NCBI GenBank assembly: GCA_023267195.1
Contig: JAHFNT010000002.1
Span: 87,830-151,829, forward strand
Source of the DNA: Candidatus Nomurabacteria bacterium
GTDB taxonomy: Bacteria > Patescibacteriota > Minisyncoccia > Phycocordibacterales > UBA9973
Reading direction: 5' to 3'
DNA: 64,000 bases
Both the position numbers and the translations under genes were made by a program. A model generated the notes under the pieces. That model made no database searches. It was not told the origin of the DNA and saw only the letters and a program-made list of their open reading frames with translations. Positions 60,233 to 64,000 of this stretch are shown piece by piece. Positions within the stretch are counted from its first letter, which is position 1, and each line of letters starts with the position of its first letter.

Positions 60233-60261
60233 ACAAAACCCGCCAAGAAGGCGGGTTTTGT
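60233..60261 (+). terminator. Terminator after sodC
   Basis: acaaaacccgcc-aagaa-ggcgggttttgt. Confidence 0.8.
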
Positions 60262-60367
60262 AATTGTTTTCATTTGAAGCGGGTGATGGCGAAACTCCAA
60301 CATATGTGCCTATGTGAGTGCGACCACCCGCCACAGATAAAAACAATTTGTTAATTATAACAGAAAT

Positions 60368-60438
60368 TCGGGCCGCTGGGAATCGAACCCAGTCTACATC
60401 CTCCCGAAGGATGCGTACGACCGGTATACTACGGCCCG
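60368..60438 (-). tRNA. tRNA-Pro (CGG)
   Basis: cgggccg/cggcccg plus A73, catcc-ttCGGga-ggatg, T-loop ttcgatt. Confidence 0.9.
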
Positions 60439-60448
60439 AAAAATTTTT

Positions 60449-61444
60449 CTATTTTTTGATTTTTGCTACAAAGATATCAGATTCTTCCCATTCCGTAAAC
60501 TCAACTCGCAAAGCTTGCCTTATCAATTTAAAAACTTCATCTTTTTGTACTTCCGCGAGAAGTCTCTGCCTAACTTCGCGATTTTTAGGCATTCTTTCTT
60601 TTAAGATTTCCTTGATTTTATCTAAGTCTGCATCCAGTCTGGCAACTAAATGACCTTGCCCAAATCTAATGGCAAATTCTTTAAAAGCTTCAAGTTCAAG
60701 TTTTATTTCAAGAAGAATTATAAACTGGCTAATGTGTCCCCTGATAGCTTCTTCCGCTTTTTCCCTTCTATCTGGTTTGTCTTTGGAGTAAAATTGGTCT
60801 GTCATCTCCATGTCATACACCAACCGAGCCAATGAAGCATTCGCGCCTAAATCTGCGCCGATAACTGTAAGTGGAACATTGTGTAAACTTCCTGAAAAGT
60901 TTGCATTTTTAAAGTATTTTACTTCTAATAATTTGCCATCCAAAATTTTTTCCCTGATTCCTTGAAATTTTTCGTTGATTTTGTTCCGGCTGATAGTTGT
61001 ATCAATACCTATAGCAAGCTGTCGAGTGTTATCAAATTCTATTATTGAATCAACCCCATTAAACAGATCATCATATTCGGAAGCAACTCGAACCTTAGCC
61101 GCATCTCCAAACCATTTACCTTGTTGCATACAATAAATAATGATTTCTTCTGCAAGCAAACCTCTTTCAATAGAAAACAAATGTTCTTTGTCTTCCCTTG
61201 CTATCATTGCTTTGTCTGCTTGGATTTCATTTTTTTTATTTTTTATTTTTTCTCTATCCTGTGTAATTACATCTAGACTTGCCAAGTCGCCGGAACCAAA
61301 ACTAGCAAGCGAGATACGCTGTCTGTCAATAACTGGACTTAGTACCCGAGACAAGGCAGTTTCGCTTTTTGTTAAATCACCGCGCAAGGGGAAAAATTCA
61401 ACCTTTTTTTCCGCGCCCGGCCCAATAGTTCCTTTTTCAATCAT
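60449..61444 (-). CDS. Hypothetical protein with conserved-looking acidic motif
   Basis: LAEEII, ASEYDDLFNGVDSIIEF, IGIDTT, VKYF; lies between two tRNAs. Confidence 0.6.
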   Translation of the reverse strand: MIEKGTIGPGAEKKVEFFPLRGDLTKSETALSRVLSPVIDRQRISLASFGSGDLASLDVITQDREKIKNKKNEIQADKAMIAREDKEHLFSIERGLLAEEIIIYCMQQGKWFGDAAKVRVASEYDDLFNGVDSIIEFDNTRQLAIGIDTTISRNKINEKFQGIREKILDGKLLEVKYFKNANFSGSLHNVPLTVIGADLGANASLARLVYDMEMTDQFYSKDKPDRREKAEEAIRGHISQFIILLEIKLELEAFKEFAIRFGQGHLVARLDADLDKIKEILKERMPKNREVRQRLLAEVQKDEVFKLIRQALRVEFTEWEESDIFVAKIKK

Positions 61445-61495
61445 AATGCCATTTTAACACATAAATTTTATTAAATATATTTCTAAAAATCAAAT

Positions 61496-61582
61496 TGGTG
61501 GGCATGGAGAGATTTGAACTCTCAAGAGATTACTCTCATACGCTCCTGAAGCGTACGCGTATACCAATTCCGCCACATGCCC
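61496..61582 (-). tRNA. tRNA-Leu (CAG)
   Basis: gggcatg/catgccc, tacgc-ttCAGga-gcgta, encoded CCA. Confidence 0.96.
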
Positions 61583-61585
61583 ATA

Positions 61586-62563
61586 TTATCGATTAAATTT
61601 AATAAAATAATGCTTCGGTTTTGATTCTTTTTCTAAAATTACATACCAACTTGGATCAATTTCGGAAACTCTTTTTATTTCGCCATTATACATACAAAGT
61701 GGATCAACCACCCTAGATTTACAAAAAACCTCGGTCTCAAAATCATTCGGATTATTTTCGAAACCTATCTTATTATTCATCCTATCAAATAACAAATGGA
61801 GTCTTTCATCTTTTTTATGATATGGCTCAATTTTTGTAAGTACAATTTTATCAGTCGTATATAAATCAGCTTCAGAAATATAGCCCTTTGAGATAGAGTA
61901 TTTTAGATAGTCCCCTAAATTTCTAAACATACCCCCGGTTATCAAACCACAATAGTATGTGTTATTAATCTTAAGAAAAAGTTCAGCGTATTTTTTCGCA
62001 ATTTTAAAGTCTTTAAAAACCCATAAGTTGTTTTCCACTATAAGATTACTTAGAAAATAATCTGGATTCTGTAATTCGCGAAAAACCATACCGTCTCGAA
62101 GCGAGTAATCGATTCTATCAGCACACAAATTAGGTAAATTATTTTCTTTTAATGGGAAATGTGTGTCATCGAGGATGTAGCCTGCATCAAAGTTGTATTT
62201 TTCTAAAATGGCCGGTATTTCTGACTTTTTAACAAACTCATCAAAAACATTATCTTGCAAATCATGAGTTTTTTCAGAACCAGTATCTAATACATAATCA
62301 ATACAATGAGAAAAGGCGGAGTGCGAAACATCATGAATGAGTCCCGCAATCTGTTCATCGAGAGATGCGCCATATTTTTTCAAAAGTAAACAGACCCCAA
62401 CAGAATGTTCAAAACGAGAAAGCCATCCACCAGGAAAATTAGGTTCAGAATAACTATGTTGATCTATATCTTTCAACCTTTGAAATGTCGGGCAATTGAT
62501 AATTTCAAGCAACACTGGCTCAGAAATCTCGACTTCTCCATAAACTCTGTCTTTGATATTCAT
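61586..62563 (-). CDS. HD-superfamily phosphohydrolase (dNTPase/YdhJ-like)
   Basis: DRVYG, FQRLKDIDQ, RFEHSVGV, HDVSH.AFSH, ADRIDY. Confidence 0.88.
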   Translation of the reverse strand: MNIKDRVYGEVEISEPVLLEIINCPTFQRLKDIDQHSYSEPNFPGGWLSRFEHSVGVCLLLKKYGASLDEQIAGLIHDVSHSAFSHCIDYVLDTGSEKTHDLQDNVFDEFVKKSEIPAILEKYNFDAGYILDDTHFPLKENNLPNLCADRIDYSLRDGMVFRELQNPDYFLSNLIVENNLWVFKDFKIAKKYAELFLKINNTYYCGLITGGMFRNLGDYLKYSISKGYISEADLYTTDKIVLTKIEPYHKKDERLHLLFDRMNNKIGFENNPNDFETEVFCKSRVVDPLCMYNGEIKRVSEIDPSWYVILEKESKPKHYFIKFNR

Positions 62564-62572
62564 ACGCCCATT

Positions 62573-63508
62573 TTAAACTTGTTCTAAAATATGTTCAACT
62601 ACTTGATATACCGACGTTCCAACAGATTCACAAACTTGGGAGAAGTGAGAGTCTGGTTTTAGGTCAGGCATAGCATCAATATATAAAAGATAAATTTTAC
62701 CGTGAGAATTCATAACGAAATCTGATTTTAGATAATGCTTTACGCCAAGGTGGATATGTAAATCTTTTACTAAATTAGAAAGCTTTTCTTTTTCCTCAGC
62801 AGAAAAATTGCCGAAAGTGTTACCTAAGGGAAAAACATAAATTTTTCCTGCCTGCGCAGGCAGGTCATTACGAAACTCAGGCACCGAGTGAATAGAAGCG
62901 ACTTTGCCGGCGATAAATTCTTCTACTAAAATGCTTTTCTCATGTTTCGCTCCATCTTCTATCGCTCCCACTAATTCATCAAAAGTTTTCGCCAAATGTA
63001 TACCCATATTTGCGTCTGGGGTAAATGATTTTACTATCCAGGGCGCTCCAAATTTTTCATGCACCTCTTTAGCTTTTTTGATCGCGTACTTGCTTCGCTC
63101 GCCATCAAAATCTTTTTGATAAACTGGCAAAACGACAGCCCTCGGCATGTCTACATCGAGTTTTTTCATATGCGCGCGCAACATCTCTCTACTATTTTCC
63201 AAAGTAGCATAAAAAGAACTCGTCCCGATATTTGGTATAGAAAAATTATCCAAAATCATTGAAACTCTTGGATCAGCAGTGTTCCAAACGACATCGACTT
63301 TATGCATTACTTCTGCTGGTTGTACTGGCACACCATTTAGATGCCACACTCCATCTCTATCAACCAAAATATCTATCGTTTTATACTTGTCGGCCAAATT
63401 CTCCGTAATATGAGAAATAATTTCCCCGCCTTTTTTCAAAGACGAAGTATAACCCTCACCCATTCCCCCGCGCAGTATCCCAATTCTTTTTTTAGTAGCA
63501 GCCTGCAT
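62573..63508 (-). CDS. D-Ala-D-Ala ligase-like ATP-grasp protein (degenerate)
   Basis: IGILRGG...SLKKG, PWIVK, LVEEFIAG, KSDF; start moved to 63508. Confidence 0.7.
   Translation of the reverse strand: MQAATKKRIGILRGGMGEGYTSSLKKGGEIISHITENLADKYKTIDILVDRDGVWHLNGVPVQPAEVMHKVDVVWNTADPRVSMILDNFSIPNIGTSSFYATLENSREMLRAHMKKLDVDMPRAVVLPVYQKDFDGERSKYAIKKAKEVHEKFGAPWIVKSFTPDANMGIHLAKTFDELVGAIEDGAKHEKSILVEEFIAGKVASIHSVPEFRNDLPAQAGKIYVFPLGNTFGNFSAEEKEKLSNLVKDLHIHLGVKHYLKSDFVMNSHGKIYLLYIDAMPDLKPDSHFSQVCESVGTSVYQVVEHILEQV
62847..62864. repeat. Perfect 18-bp palindrome in frame (LPAQAG)
   Basis: cctgcctgcgcaggcagg equals its own reverse complement. Confidence 0.75.
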
Positions 63509-63527
63509 TGATAAATTATAACATGTT

Positions 63528-64000
63528 TTATTTTCCAACTTTTATTTTGTGAATTTGAATTGTGTTATTAAATACTGTTACATTAAAATTTCCTTTTGCC
63601 ATTACTGCTTTAATAGCTTCTAAAAGTGCTGTTTTCCTAGTCTCAAATGATCCGGCTTCTGTTTCTTGGCCTTGGATCATTATTGGAGAAATTCTAGCAT
63701 TTCCACCATCAGCTAAAACACTTGTCATATTATCAATTAAATTACTAATATCCTGAGAACCATCTAAATAAAAAGGCACAGAATATGTCGCCCAAATCTC
63801 ATCAGCTTTGGGTAATTCACCACTTGCCACTTTGTTTTGTATTTCTGGAGACGTAGCTGAAATCATTTCAGATGTATATACTCCATTTTTATTTTTTCCT
63901 ACTGTTTCTAATCTTATATACGGATCAAAATTTATTACCTTATTTGGATGATATTCTTCAGAAACCAATAAATCTCGTATAGAGTCACCACCACCAAAAA
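63528..64000 (-). CDS. Methyltransferase-fold-like hypothetical protein, 5' end beyond window
   Basis: Frame is open to the window edge (FGGGDSIRDLL...), VINFDP, DEIWATYSVPFY, LADGGNARI. Confidence 0.45.
   Translation of the reverse strand, partial: FGGGDSIRDLLVSEEYHPNKVINFDPYIRLETVGKNKNGVYTSEMISATSPEIQNKVASGELPKADEIWATYSVPFYLDGSQDISNLIDNMTSVLADGGNARISPIMIQGQETEAGSFETRKTALLEAIKAVMAKGNFNVTVFNNTIQIHKIKVGK

Noticed and set aside
60279-60300. Minus-strand GGAGTTTCGCCAT resembling the fluoride riboswitch
   Set aside because: Lacks the preceding GGCGAT and the downstream CTGATG/CTAATG element, and has no suitable downstream gene
352-63756. Many 60-280 aa ORFs antisense to or overlapping long genes (e.g. 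26755-27384, 34354-34980, 34981-35820, 37976-38620, 49820-50389)
   Set aside because: Shadow frames of well-supported genes or tRNAs, with no recognisable motifs

Overview
AT-rich bacterial chromosome segment with most genes on the minus strand. Gene content points to a Patescibacteria/CPR (Parcubacteria-like) genome; this is inferred from the compact IF2, AlaRS and S1, the VirB2-like pilin array, the VirB4/VirD4-like ATPase, the FtsA-like plus baseplate-J-like pair, the Cys-rich CxxC proteins and the scarcity of obvious Shine-Dalgarno motifs. Housekeeping genes include dnaK, grpE, clpB, the infA-rpmJ-rpsM-rpsK-rpsD-rpoA-rplQ-rplM-rpsI block, alaS, mnmA, typA, infB, rbfA, gyrA, rpsA, murC/D/E, secA and 7 tRNAs. 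I see no prophage, transposase or CRISPR array. The most striking unexplained signal is a set of short GC-rich palindromic elements from at least five families. They occur between genes and also in frame inside dnaK, alaS, mnmA (two sites), murD, murE, secA, a Ddl-like gene and the VirB4-like gene (three sites). One family has a conserved 32-nt core flanked by long, copy-specific inverted arms whose only mismatches are plus-strand G-T wobbles. Also notable: a pervasive (TGn)TAnnnT-N6-ATG leaderless architecture, a GC-rich two-gene islet behind a long structured leader, several apparent pseudoenzymes, a Cu/Zn SOD with no signal peptide, and an unannotated 23-aa Lys-rich peptide.
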